Of a DNA stretch of 41,875 nucleotides, positions 9,131-17,395 are shown in pieces. Within the stretch, counting starts at the first letter, position 1. Each line of letters begins with the position of its first letter. Below the pieces are notes generated by a model. It saw only the letters and a list, made by a program, of their open reading frames with translations. It did no database searches and was not told the origin of the DNA. The DNA is from a virus (lineage: Duplodnaviria > Caudoviricetes), in IMG/VR virus record IMGVR_UViG_3300026541_000012, positions 1 to 41,875 of that record; one strand, written 5' to 3'. The position numbers and the translations under genes are program-made.

Positions 9131-9294
9131 GATTCCTCTGATATCTCTATATCAAAGTAACCTGTGTCAGTCAGTGAATATGCGAAGTCCTCTGCGTAGT
9201 CGTATGCACTAATGCATCCAGCATCACTAAAGCTTTTCTCGATGGTTTGTTGTACTCCATCGGCGTCTTCATAGGTTATTTTGAAGTTAGGCAT
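9127..9294 (-). CDS. small acidic hypothetical protein
   Basis: Likely true start at MPNFKITYED..., overlapping the stop of the upstream Zn-finger gene. Confidence 0.5.
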   Translation of the reverse strand: MPNFKITYEDADGVQQTIEKSFSDAGCISAYDYAEDFAYSLTDTGYFDIEISEES

Positions 9295-9472
9295 AACCGG
9301 CCTTTTGGCATTCGGGACAAATGTCGATCTTGCCTCGATGAATCCAGCCAAAGTCTGCAAGCCACTTTCTAGCTTCTCGCGCTGTCTCCATATCCAATTC
9401 CGTAGCGTGTTGTCCATAACAGCAATCAGGATCACCGTCACAATAAATAAAGGTTTGTTTAATGGCACTCAT
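9287..9472 (-). CDS. small Zn-finger protein
   Basis: CDGDPDC...EARKWLADFGW...DICPEC; AGGAG RBS. Confidence 0.6.
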   Translation of the reverse strand: MSAIKQTFIYCDGDPDCCYGQHATELDMETAREARKWLADFGWIHRGKIDICPECQKAGYA

Positions 9473-9636
9473 ATCTACTCCTGCTGTACTAGAACTTAAT
9501 AATCTGGATCGCAGCGGAGAGTGAGAGTTGGAGTATCAACTCTCCGCCACTTGTTCGTTTTCGTCAGACGGGTGAACCAAACCCGTGTGAATAGCCCGGA
9601 GCGAGTTGGGCTACCTGACTTCTCCTTGCACGGGGT

Positions 9637-9852
9637 TTATTTTAGCGGTCGAAAACATTGGTTTATAAGACCTTGAGATTCCCTAACGCTTAATTTTTCA
9701 CTATAGTTTTTGTAAGTGCCGGATATTATGTTCCTTACTGTGCTTGAGTTTATTCCGGTGAGGTGACCAATTTGTTTGCGGCCCAGACCATCAAAAGATA
9801 ACTCTCGGATCTCGGCAGCAACATCTAATGGAACAGACTGATGAGCACTCAT
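9637..9852 (-). CDS. small HTH DNA-binding protein
   Basis: GLGRKQIGHLTGINSSTVRNII helix-turn-helix pattern. Confidence 0.55.
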   Translation of the reverse strand: MSAHQSVPLDVAAEIRELSFDGLGRKQIGHLTGINSSTVRNIISGTYKNYSEKLSVRESQGLINQCFRPLK

Positions 9853-10409
9853 GAAGTACCCCATGTTTTCATTTGATTACACTCGGTTGCTGTAAACCAG
9901 CCGCCCTTCGTATCAGCCACCCATATTGATCGTTGATCCTCATGGCTGACCTCTGCCCATGCCTCTTTCGCAGCAGACCACATCTCCTCTGCCAGAAAGC
10001 CACGAATAGCTAACAAAGAATCATGATTATTCTCGTTAGCCTCGGTGGTAGCCTGAAACGACGTATAAAGCTCTTTCTCGCGCTGCTGGGTGATGGCTGC
10101 GGCCACTTCGTCGGCAGATGCTATCTCGGTGCCCGCCAGCCCAAAAAAGGCCAGAGCACGCCCTACGGCGCTTGTCTCAGCATTCTCAAGGGCAGATGTC
10201 TCGTTAATTTTGGATGAGCCGCGAAACTCCTCAGCATAACCCGTGGCAATCACGGCTTCCCCATTCATGATAAGGGCTTTCATGATGATCTTTTCGCTAT
10301 CATGAGAGATAAGCTGAGTTTCAATGCCGAGGTTGGGCTCGTCCTCTTTGAACTTGGCAATGCGCTCCGCCACTGTCCAATAATCTTTATTGTGAATTTT
10401 AACCGGCAT
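9849..10409 (-). CDS. putative ssDNA-annealing recombinase (ERF-like)
   Basis: GYAEEFRGSSKINETSALENAETSAVGRALAFFGL motif; typical early-operon position. Confidence 0.6.
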   Translation of the reverse strand: MPVKIHNKDYWTVAERIAKFKEDEPNLGIETQLISHDSEKIIMKALIMNGEAVIATGYAEEFRGSSKINETSALENAETSAVGRALAFFGLAGTEIASADEVAAAITQQREKELYTSFQATTEANENNHDSLLAIRGFLAEEMWSAAKEAWAEVSHEDQRSIWVADTKGGWFTATECNQMKTWGTS

Positions 10410-10802
10410 CTAATTTTCTCCCTGCAGCATGAGTGCATGATTTTCTTCCATCGCCTCCTCCCACTCTTCCGGCGACATCAATGAATCTCTTGTCATGTGC
10501 CTGACTATTTGATTGATGTACATGGCCTCGACAATAAAACCTCTTGCGCCGTAGCGCGGAGTATGTTCTGGCAAAAAACAATATAACCATTGCAGTGCGG
10601 CCTCTGATACCGGCGTGATAATCCACTTTGTTATATGGTTCTCAAGTTCGTAATCCCAGGTAGGTCCGAAATCGGAAGGTTGAACATCGCTCCAAAGGTT
10701 CGGACCCTGTATGGCTTTGCTTTGAGTAAATATGCCAGCATATGGAACAGACTCGTCATGTATGCTGACAGCGCTTAAGGGAATAGAGGTGTCGTCGTTC
10801 AT
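10410..10802 (-). CDS. hypothetical protein
   Basis: Start at MNDDTS with GAGG RBS, coupled to neighbours. Confidence 0.55.
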   Translation of the reverse strand: MNDDTSIPLSAVSIHDESVPYAGIFTQSKAIQGPNLWSDVQPSDFGPTWDYELENHITKWIITPVSEAALQWLYCFLPEHTPRYGARGFIVEAMYINQIVRHMTRDSLMSPEEWEEAMEENHALMLQGEN

Positions 10803-11182
10803 TGTTTGTCCTCGACTGGATACGCTTCTGGGTGTCGGTTCATGCACTCAATGACTGATTGGGCGAAGTCGCCAAGTTTGTAGCTGAATATTCCAGATCC
10901 TTCGTCGCAATCTTGCTTGGCATATTCAAGCACTTCGGCACGAAACCAGGTTGGCGCTCCGTGATACACCCACTGCAATACAGCATAGTCGTGGCTTGCG
11001 TTTTGTGAGGGGTCTGGAAGACCGTCAGTAGTCCAGATTCCGTTCGGGTTCAGCCAAGCAACATAGCCCTGTTGATGGGCAAAAGTACCCGGCTCTGACT
11101 GGCGCTTAGACCAACCCATCAAGATTGCCAAGCGCTCTCTGTCCGATTGCTGATTCACCGCGTTATCTCCGTCAGTGTTCAT
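10799..11182 (-). CDS. hypothetical protein
   Basis: ERLAILMGW...LPD motif common in small phage early proteins. Confidence 0.6.
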   Translation of the reverse strand: MNTDGDNAVNQQSDRERLAILMGWSKRQSEPGTFAHQQGYVAWLNPNGIWTTDGLPDPSQNASHDYAVLQWVYHGAPTWFRAEVLEYAKQDCDEGSGIFSYKLGDFAQSVIECMNRHPEAYPVEDKQ

Positions 11183-11352
11183 GAGGGTTCCTTGTGTTCG
11201 TCAGTCGTGTAATGCTCAACCAATGAGTGCAATATTCGCAAGTGATGCTGCAGATATGCTTCTGGAGCGGTCTCAGCCTCGAACCACAGTCCTTCATCCT
11301 CGGCCTGAGTGTTCACAAGCTTTCTAATTTCTTCCAAATCTGTCACTACCAT
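11179..11352 (-). CDS. hypothetical protein (57 aa)
   Basis: Read manually: ...QAEDEGLWFEAETAPEAYLQHHLRILH...; ATGA coupling. Confidence 0.55.
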   Translation of the reverse strand: MVVTDLEEIRKLVNTQAEDEGLWFEAETAPEAYLQHHLRILHSLVEHYTTDEHKEPS

Positions 11353-11389
11353 TTCTCGTCAGTGTTGCTTTGTTGATAATCCTGCGTAT

Positions 11390-11656
11390 TTATGCGTACA
11401 ACGCCTGATATTTTTTGACAGTAATCCACCCAGACCACTTATTGCCAAAGTCATGATGATTGACAAGTTCTTGGATTGTCTCAAAACCGTACTTGCCCAG
11501 TTCTTGAATTTCTACATAACAAATTGCATGGGTAAAATTACGCATAGCTTTTCTGAAAGCACATTGTTTGGCAGTGTCAAGATCGTCAAACGTCTCTTCT
11601 TGAAGCCATTGGTCGTATTCGTCGCTTTCGTACCATTGGGCTATATACTGTTTCAT
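11390..11656 (-). CDS. hypothetical protein, first gene of the leftward operon
   Basis: GAGGAG RBS upstream. Confidence 0.6.
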   Translation of the reverse strand: MKQYIAQWYESDEYDQWLQEETFDDLDTAKQCAFRKAMRNFTHAICYVEIQELGKYGFETIQELVNHHDFGNKWSGWITVKKYQALYA

Positions 11657-11679
11657 GTCCCGCTCCTCGCTACGTTGAG

Positions 11680-11735
11680 ATACACGATAGCACCCTGCTA
11701 TTGCTATGTCCAGATTAATTTGTTACATTAACGGC
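11680..11735. promoter_or_regulatory. overlapping divergent sigma70-type promoters with operator-like repeats
   Basis: Rightward TTGCTA-17-TACATT (TGn extended); leftward TGGACA-17-TATCGT; inverted repeat ATAGCA-CCC-TGCTAT. Confidence 0.6.
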
Positions 11736-11921
11736 ATGAAAACATTTAAAAGCATATGGATTAGTCTAGAATCAGACGAAAAACAAGAACTTGCAGATGA
11801 TTTGGATACTAGTAAACAGTACTTATCGCAGATAGCATACCGCCATCGTCAACCAAGTGCGGATATGATTCGTCGGCTCGTTGCTAGCGATCCACGATTA
11901 CATGCGGAGATGTTTTTGTAA
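11736..11921 (+). CDS. Cro/YdaS-like HTH regulator
   Basis: ELADDLDTSKQYLSQIAYRHRQPS HTH; first gene after the divergent promoter. Confidence 0.75.
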   Translation: MKTFKSIWISLESDEKQELADDLDTSKQYLSQIAYRHRQPSADMIRRLVASDPRLHAEMFL

Positions 11922-12466
11922 TGTATGGAGTTAGCCACGATGATTGGCAAGAATTGCATTGGACCCGGAAAATGCGGTTCAAGGCTTATGCTGATGTTCA
12001 TGCAGCTATTCGTCGTGGCGACATTCCAAAACTAACCAAAGATTCTGTATGTGCTGACTGCGATCAACAAGCTATCGCGTATGAACACAGAAACTATTTT
12101 TATCCGCTAACCGTTGAAGCAGTCTGTACCAAGTGCAATATTTTGCGTGGTGAGGGTTTTCCGCCAGTTGAAGGAAAGTCAGTTAATAGCAATGGTTTAC
12201 CTTATCGGTTTGGTGGTAACAACTCTTGGAATGGCCTGGGTGGTGGCGTAGAAAAGTATACAAAACAGCCCATTGCGGTTAACGCATCAACTAGATTGTC
12301 AGAGCGGGACGAAGTAGATCGACGGTTCGACGGTGGGATGCCCCAGTATCGAATAACTCAATTAAGTGAAATGAATGGCTCAATAAAAGCCATTACACGC
12401 GGTGATCTACGTTACGAGTTTTTCAAAAAGCATGACCCCTATTACATCTGCGAGGACGTTGTATGA
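11921..12466 (+). CDS. HNH-like Zn-binding protein
   Basis: AIRRG..CADC...EHRNY..PL.V..VCTKCN pattern of phage HNH-like domains. Confidence 0.55.
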   Translation: MYGVSHDDWQELHWTRKMRFKAYADVHAAIRRGDIPKLTKDSVCADCDQQAIAYEHRNYFYPLTVEAVCTKCNILRGEGFPPVEGKSVNSNGLPYRFGGNNSWNGLGGGVEKYTKQPIAVNASTRLSERDEVDRRFDGGMPQYRITQLSEMNGSIKAITRGDLRYEFFKKHDPYYICEDVV

Positions 12467-12645
12467 GTCTCAAAGAAAAGTCCTGCCTTACCTGCAAGCT
12501 ACCTTTGCCTTTAAGCATGTACTACCGCGATGGCAACAAGACAGATGGCCGCCGAGCTACCTGTAAGGAATGTGAGAAGGCTCGCAGTCGCATCAGAAGA
12601 CAAGCCAAGATATCGACTATATTAAATAACTGGGGAAGGGCGTGA
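12463..12645 (+). CDS. stand-alone CxxC-CxxC zinc finger
   Basis: KSCLTCK...YYRDGNKTDGRRATCKEC. Confidence 0.6.
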   Translation: MSLKEKSCLTCKLPLPLSMYYRDGNKTDGRRATCKECEKARSRIRRQAKISTILNNWGRA

Positions 12646-12947
12646 ACCGTGAAAGAGCGAAAGAACTATTACCTGTTCTGCAGGCTTATGCCGAAGGTAA
12701 AGATATTGAGTTTCGAGGCAACTATTCTCTTGATCCAATGGGTGAATGGAGGGACATGCCAAAAGATGATTCCTTAACTCTTACCTTCCCAGCAGACGAC
12801 TATGAATATCGTATCAAGATTAAACCGCTTGAGGTGTTCATGGAAATAACAGAGAAAAATGGCAAAGTCGTTGGGTTTCATCACACAATGGATGTAATGC
12901 ATCAAAAGCCCGGTATTACTTACAAGCTGTTTCGAGAGGTTTTATGA
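12642..12947 (+). CDS. conserved phage hypothetical protein
   Basis: MNRERAKELLPVLQAYAEGKDIEFR...EYRIK family motif. Confidence 0.7.
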   Translation: MNRERAKELLPVLQAYAEGKDIEFRGNYSLDPMGEWRDMPKDDSLTLTFPADDYEYRIKIKPLEVFMEITEKNGKVVGFHHTMDVMHQKPGITYKLFREVL

Positions 12948-13144
12948 ATCCCATCGGCCACCAAGACGAGGTTATGGTTGTGCTGCCAATAGGCACGGAT
13001 TGTCGCGAGCTTAAATTTAGAGCAGATGGTCTACCACAAAGATTAGTTGCTATGTTTCATAATGCAGTGCAGGACTATGCAACGAGAAGAACTGGCCGGC
13101 TGCGTGCGGAGATAAATGAACTGCTCGGACGGGCGAAGCGGTGA
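12944..13144 (+). CDS. hypothetical protein
   Basis: ATGA coupling and GAGG RBS. Confidence 0.5.
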   Translation: MNPIGHQDEVMVVLPIGTDCRELKFRADGLPQRLVAMFHNAVQDYATRRTGRLRAEINELLGRAKR

Positions 13145-13284
13145 CTGATCATGTGGCGTGAGTTAAACGAGAGCGAAAGACAATCTGTGATTACTGATAT
13201 GTGGGTAGTGTTTGTGGTCGCAGTAATCGTTGGCGGACTGATGGCCTTGGCTGTGATATTGGACCTAATTTAAGGAGCAAAAAC

Positions 13285-13677
13285 ATGAATATCAGACAAG
13301 CAATACTAATGGCAGCAGATTCTATTGAGCAGAATCCGAAGCTGTTTGATTTTAACACTGCTGAAATTCCTGACTGTAATACACCGGGTTGCGCATTGGG
13401 TTGGATTGCCGCTCATTTAGGCGAGAGCATTCACTTATATGGTGGATGGAACTACAAGAAATTAGCCCGCGTAATGGGAACCCGTGGTGATATTGAGTTC
13501 TATGAACGAATGAATGCGCTGAATGGACACAAGTGGAAACACAATGCAGACAAGTGCGCCAAAACTCTCCGCCTATACGCAGACAAGTACCACTCCGCGC
13601 CTATCGAAAGCCATGCTGGCATTCCCGCTGTTGTACTTGAGATATTCGACCTGACACGAGTAACTTCTAGTGAGTGA
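13285..13677 (+). CDS. hypothetical protein (CxTxxCxxGW family)
   Basis: AAGGAG RBS before ATG 13285; CNTPGCALGW motif. Confidence 0.65.
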   Translation: MNIRQAILMAADSIEQNPKLFDFNTAEIPDCNTPGCALGWIAAHLGESIHLYGGWNYKKLARVMGTRGDIEFYERMNALNGHKWKHNADKCAKTLRLYADKYHSAPIESHAGIPAVVLEIFDLTRVTSSE

Positions 13678-13945
13678 CTTGATTGAACGGCTTGAAGGCC
13701 ACATCGAGACGCTGCGTGGCGTTGCGTCTAGCGTTTACTCCGATGATATCCGGGAGGCCGTAGACGCATTGGAACAGGCACAGACACGAATCAAAGAAAT
13801 TGAAGAGATTCTGAAAGTCGAACGAAACCTACTTGATCGTGTTGAGGAGCTTGAGACGGCGCTACACAAAATAAAACTCCTCGGTGGTTCTCCACAAATT
13901 ACTTTATTGGCGATCAAGGCACTTGAACAGTTGAGTGGAGAATAG
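13670..13945 (+). CDS. coiled-coil hypothetical protein
   Basis: MSDLIERL...EAVDALEQ motif common in phages. Confidence 0.6.
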   Translation: MSDLIERLEGHIETLRGVASSVYSDDIREAVDALEQAQTRIKEIEEILKVERNLLDRVEELETALHKIKLLGGSPQITLLAIKALEQLSGE

Positions 13946-13947
13946 CG

Positions 13948-14205
13948 ATGAAAACTAACACTATATTTATGTTGATGTTATTGGTTGGATGCACGATCGA
14001 AAGTGGGGATGTAACGGCCTCATACGAGTTTAACAAATGTATTGATACCAGAGATGGCGAAGAATTTACGCTTGTCGGTAACACAGCAAGAAATGCTCGT
14101 GTTGGTATTGGGGCTCCAAGCTGTGTTGATATTGATGACACTACCGGCCGAACAAGAACCTTATGCAGTTACCATACAGCATGGATTAAGTGTGAGGTTG
14201 AATGA
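13948..14205 (+). CDS. small lipoprotein
   Basis: Lipobox LVGC; GGAG RBS. Confidence 0.6.
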   Translation: MKTNTIFMLMLLVGCTIESGDVTASYEFNKCIDTRDGEEFTLVGNTARNARVGIGAPSCVDIDDTTGRTRTLCSYHTAWIKCEVE

Positions 14206-14251
14206 TCGTGTTAAATAATCCATTACCAGCACCACCAGAGGGAGAGTCAGA

Positions 14252-14599
14252 GTGAATGATAACGAACAATACTGCTTGCATAGACATACATGTAGCTACA
14301 CAAGCGGATTTTACTGTGAAGACTGCGGTAACTTCTTTGACAAAGCTTCGCCTACGTACCGGAGCACTGCATTACTAACTAGTCTCGCTATGGTTATGAA
14401 TAATATCAACGCTGACAGATGCCGAAGTGGAAGGCACGGTGATGAAGATGTGGATGCAATGGTAGACAAACTTATAGCCACCAAACCTGATGATGACTAT
14501 GAGGGCGTTATTGCTGAAGCTGAAATAATTATGTTGAAGTATAACGTTAATTCGGAATCAGCCAGTGTAACGATAGGTGAGATTGGGCAACAATTGTAA
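14252..14599 (+). CDS. hypothetical Cys/His protein
   Basis: GGGAG RBS; C.H...CEDC motif. Confidence 0.5.
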   Translation: MNDNEQYCLHRHTCSYTSGFYCEDCGNFFDKASPTYRSTALLTSLAMVMNNINADRCRSGRHGDEDVDAMVDKLIATKPDDDYEGVIAEAEIIMLKYNVNSESASVTIGEIGQQL

Positions 14600-14622
14600 G
14601 TGTCCGATAACAAACAAGGGGA

Positions 14623-14888
14623 TGATGGTGAGTGAGACACTTGCAAAAATCGGTGATAAATGCTGGGCGTGTCGATATCGATTTAGATCAGGAGATACGG
14701 TCAGGCACGTTCCTATTTATCATGGTTTTGCACCGGCTCATAAGCTTGAACCAAATTGGACTATGTGGTGTTTACGTTGTGCTGATTCTCAAGATTTAAT
14801 ACCAACTGAAAAAGAAAGTTATACATGGGGTAATTGGCCGGAAGGATTTAGAACCATGAGCAAACGTTGGTTTGATTTATGGATATGA
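14623..14888 (+). CDS. hypothetical CxxC-CxxC protein
   Basis: AAGGGG RBS near the ATGs; CWAC...CLRC. Confidence 0.45.
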
Positions 14889-14899
14889 AAAGCACATAC

Positions 14900-15019
14900 T
14901 CAATGAACGAAGCCCCGACCCGTATTGCACGGACCAGGGCTTCAAATCTGGTTGATAGAAAGGTTTGCCGCCTAAACCAGACACACGCATCATATCACAA
15001 GATGTTGTGTCAATGTCAA
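14900..15019 (-). ncRNA. putative short antisense (oop-like) transcription unit
   Basis: Minus strand TTGACA...TGaTATGAT promoter (15019-14989), then hairpins 14947-14981 and 14909-14943, the latter terminator-like. Confidence 0.45.
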
Positions 15020-15039
15020 AGCGTCAACCCAAAATGCTG

Positions 15040-15545
15040 CAACCAGCGGACTCCAGTCTCCGATAGTGACTGTTTTGATGGTGGTCAAGGTCGGCAGCTG
15101 CAGACAATACCGATCAACCTGAGATACCGAGATCGTAAACTCGGCTCTGGTGCCACCTTCAAAGCAGTTACACACTGGCGGCGAATTAACGTCGATAGAG
15201 TCAGTATTAGGAAGGGTGCTGTCCTTGAGGTGGTAATAGACCAAAGAGGCGGTGAGGACCACGGCGGCCTTGAATCGAATAGGGGTGCAGTCGAGTCGGT
15301 AGGCGTAGGGTTGATTTCGATAGAGACCCTTGGAGTCCGGCCACCCTTCACTAATGCTGATTCATATAGTCGGCTGAATCCCGATAGATATGCCTTGTCC
15401 GTGGCAGATATTCAAGAAAGCGTGACACTGTTGAATCAAACCCAGGCACTGTCCACCCCTGACAACCTGGTGGGAGGCGCAGCAATGCGAACCATACCTA
15501 CCGCTAGTAGTGGCCTAAACCTCCCTACAAAGGGGGAAGCTATGC
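15040..15545 (+). ncRNA. large structured, pseudoknotted non-coding RNA candidate
   Basis: 20-bp and 21-bp stems containing G-U pairs, several 7-9-bp long-range pairings and a GNRA hairpin; the overlapping ORF is not protein-like. Confidence 0.7.
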
Positions 15546-15558
15546 TCAGGAGAAAGTC

Positions 15559-15783
15559 ATGACAGCAGAAATACATAAATTACGACCGAAGGAAGAATGC
15601 CAGATAGAGTCATTTTTCCATTGCAGTGAATGTATGAAAGAGATTCCAGATGATGAATCTCCAATGACTTATCAGCATATTCAAGCAGGTTGGACGATTG
15701 AGGGTTTTCAGGTCTGGTGTGTACGTCACGATCTAAACATTATCCACTTGGACTTTGAAGGACAGAAGCACCGATGTATCTAG
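15559..15783 (+). CDS. conserved phage hypothetical protein
   Basis: AGGAG RBS; FFHCSEC...GWT..GFQVWCVRHDLNIIHLDFEG motif. Confidence 0.7.
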   Translation: MTAEIHKLRPKEECQIESFFHCSECMKEIPDDESPMTYQHIQAGWTIEGFQVWCVRHDLNIIHLDFEGQKHRCI

Positions 15784-15836
15784 CTATACCCAATAACGGG
15801 CCAAGTGATAGGTATGGAGAAGTACAGGGGAACAGA

Positions 15837-16028
15837 ATGAAAGTTTGGGAATGCAAATTAGTTCTATCCGATGAGGCTGAATTGCCTGATGGTGCTGATT
15901 TTCCAATGAGGCAAGCCCTGCGGATTGCTTGCGAAGAAATGACCGGACAACTGCCAATTGATATTTTCTCTGGGTGGGCCGGAAGTCTTACAGAAATAGA
16001 GAAAAAGGTGATGAGGACTAGGGCATGA
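15837..16028 (+). CDS. hypothetical protein
   Basis: MKVWECK...LPDGADFPMRQA; AGGGG RBS. Confidence 0.55.
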   Translation: MKVWECKLVLSDEAELPDGADFPMRQALRIACEEMTGQLPIDIFSGWAGSLTEIEKKVMRTRA

Positions 16029-16270
16029 AAGGAAAACGGCCAGAAATAAAGGACTCCATTGAGGCGATACAGTACGCCCTAATTCACGATGAGGAATATC
16101 GTCACGTGTGGGTGTGCAATGTTGCTATGGGTATCTATGACACCAAGAAAAAGAAGGGTGAAACCGCTCACGAGTGGCGGCAGAGGTGTGCTGAACAATT
16201 CATCAAGTACCTATGTGCTGGACATCCTGATGATCCAACCTCGCAGTTCATGGAAGCTATTGGGCACTGA
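16025..16270 (+). CDS. hypothetical protein
   Basis: GAGG RBS and ATGA coupling. Confidence 0.6.
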   Translation: MKGKRPEIKDSIEAIQYALIHDEEYRHVWVCNVAMGIYDTKKKKGETAHEWRQRCAEQFIKYLCAGHPDDPTSQFMEAIGH

Positions 16271-16386
16271 CTTAGGAGAACCTCAATGAAAGCACTTAAA
16301 TACATCGGACTGTGCATTCTCGTAATAATAGCGGTCGTTGTAATGTTGGCATTCACAGCCTTTTTGCTGGTGCCTGGAGTCATGAT

Positions 16387-16605
16387 GTGACCGAAGATGA
16401 CTCTAAGCGTTGTATTGAGTGCTTCGTACTGAAATATCTGGATCAGTATTATCGCAATAAAAAGTCTGCAGACGGCCGTGTAGGAACGTGCATCAAATGT
16501 AAGTGTGCAACCGCTGAGGCACGCAAGCGCCAGCCTTCGCAAAACTCATTGCTGCTATACCGATGGGCTACTCGCACCAACGAGCAGAATACTGATTACA
16601 ACTGA
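16387..16605 (+). CDS. stand-alone CxxC-CxxC zinc finger (paralog of 12463-12645)
   Basis: KRCIEC...YYRNKKSADGRVGTCIKC; GTG start after GGAG, exact start uncertain. Confidence 0.55.
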   Translation: MTEDDSKRCIECFVLKYLDQYYRNKKSADGRVGTCIKCKCATAEARKRQPSQNSLLLYRWATRTNEQNTDYN

Positions 16606-16616
16606 CAGGAACCGAA

Positions 16617-16775
16617 ATGAGTAAATATAAGATAAAAGATATTCAGGAATTACTGATATCTGCCACTGCCGTTTGCGACAACGCGACTTACGATGAAGCT
16701 GAGAAGCACTATATTGTGAGCACAGACGTGATAGATAGACTAACCGATATTGAGGTTAAGTTGCAGGGCCTGTAG
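16617..16775 (+). CDS. hypothetical protein (52 aa)
   Basis: AGGA RBS; fills the gap. Confidence 0.45.
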   Translation: MSKYKIKDIQELLISATAVCDNATYDEAEKHYIVSTDVIDRLTDIEVKLQGL

Positions 16776-16797
16776 TCCTACAACACCAAGAACATAA

Positions 16798-17127
16798 ATG
16801 AAAACAGATTCGTATTTCAACACCACGAACGTCACTGGCGCACAGCTACTGAGATACCATAACACTGCATTGTCACAAGAGGAGCGGTTATTGGCCTATT
16901 TCCACGCCGCATACAATGCAGATGGTGAATACGTGCTGTTGACACCAACTCTTGCACTAATGTTGGTGTTCTCAAAGAGGGTGCCGATAACGTCTGTGAG
17001 GCGCGCTCTATCCAATCTCACCAGTGACGGTAAGTTGATGAAGGATGGTAAGGCTAGAGGGATATACGGGCGTCCTGAGCATTACTGGCGGTTGGTTGAG
17101 CAAGAGCCACAGAGGAGACTGTTATGA
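16798..17127 (+). CDS. winged-helix DNA-binding protein
   Basis: PITSVRRALSNLTSDGKL...GIYGRPEHYW. Confidence 0.6.
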   Translation: MKTDSYFNTTNVTGAQLLRYHNTALSQEERLLAYFHAAYNADGEYVLLTPTLALMLVFSKRVPITSVRRALSNLTSDGKLMKDGKARGIYGRPEHYWRLVEQEPQRRLL

Positions 17128-17342
17128 TGAGTAGATGGACGAAAGATGACCCGACTGAACCTGGATATTATTGATGGAGATATGGTCCAGAGGACGATCT
17201 TCCAGATCTTTTGCGTTTATATTTATCGCCAGTTGGAATGATGGCTCCGAATGACGAGAATGCTTTGCATGTATCACCACCTTCTGAGTTAGGGGGCGAA
17301 TGGTGGATCGAGCGTGTTCAGGAACCGCCTTCAGATGACTGA
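17124..17342 (+). pseudogene. small phage ORF interrupted by an in-frame TGA at 17172-17174
   Basis: MMSRWTKDDPTEPGYY*WRYGP...GGEWWIERVQEPP; strong GAGGAG RBS and ATGA coupling. Confidence 0.6.
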
Positions 17343-17395
17343 GGCTTTCTTCATAAAAACAACAGCACGCACGCTCATGCCAGCGAGTGATCTCA

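Noticed and set aside
14879-15562. 227-aa ORF as a replication initiator
   Set aside because: No HTH or other initiator motifs, no iterons and an unprotein-like composition; the region is better explained by RNA structure.
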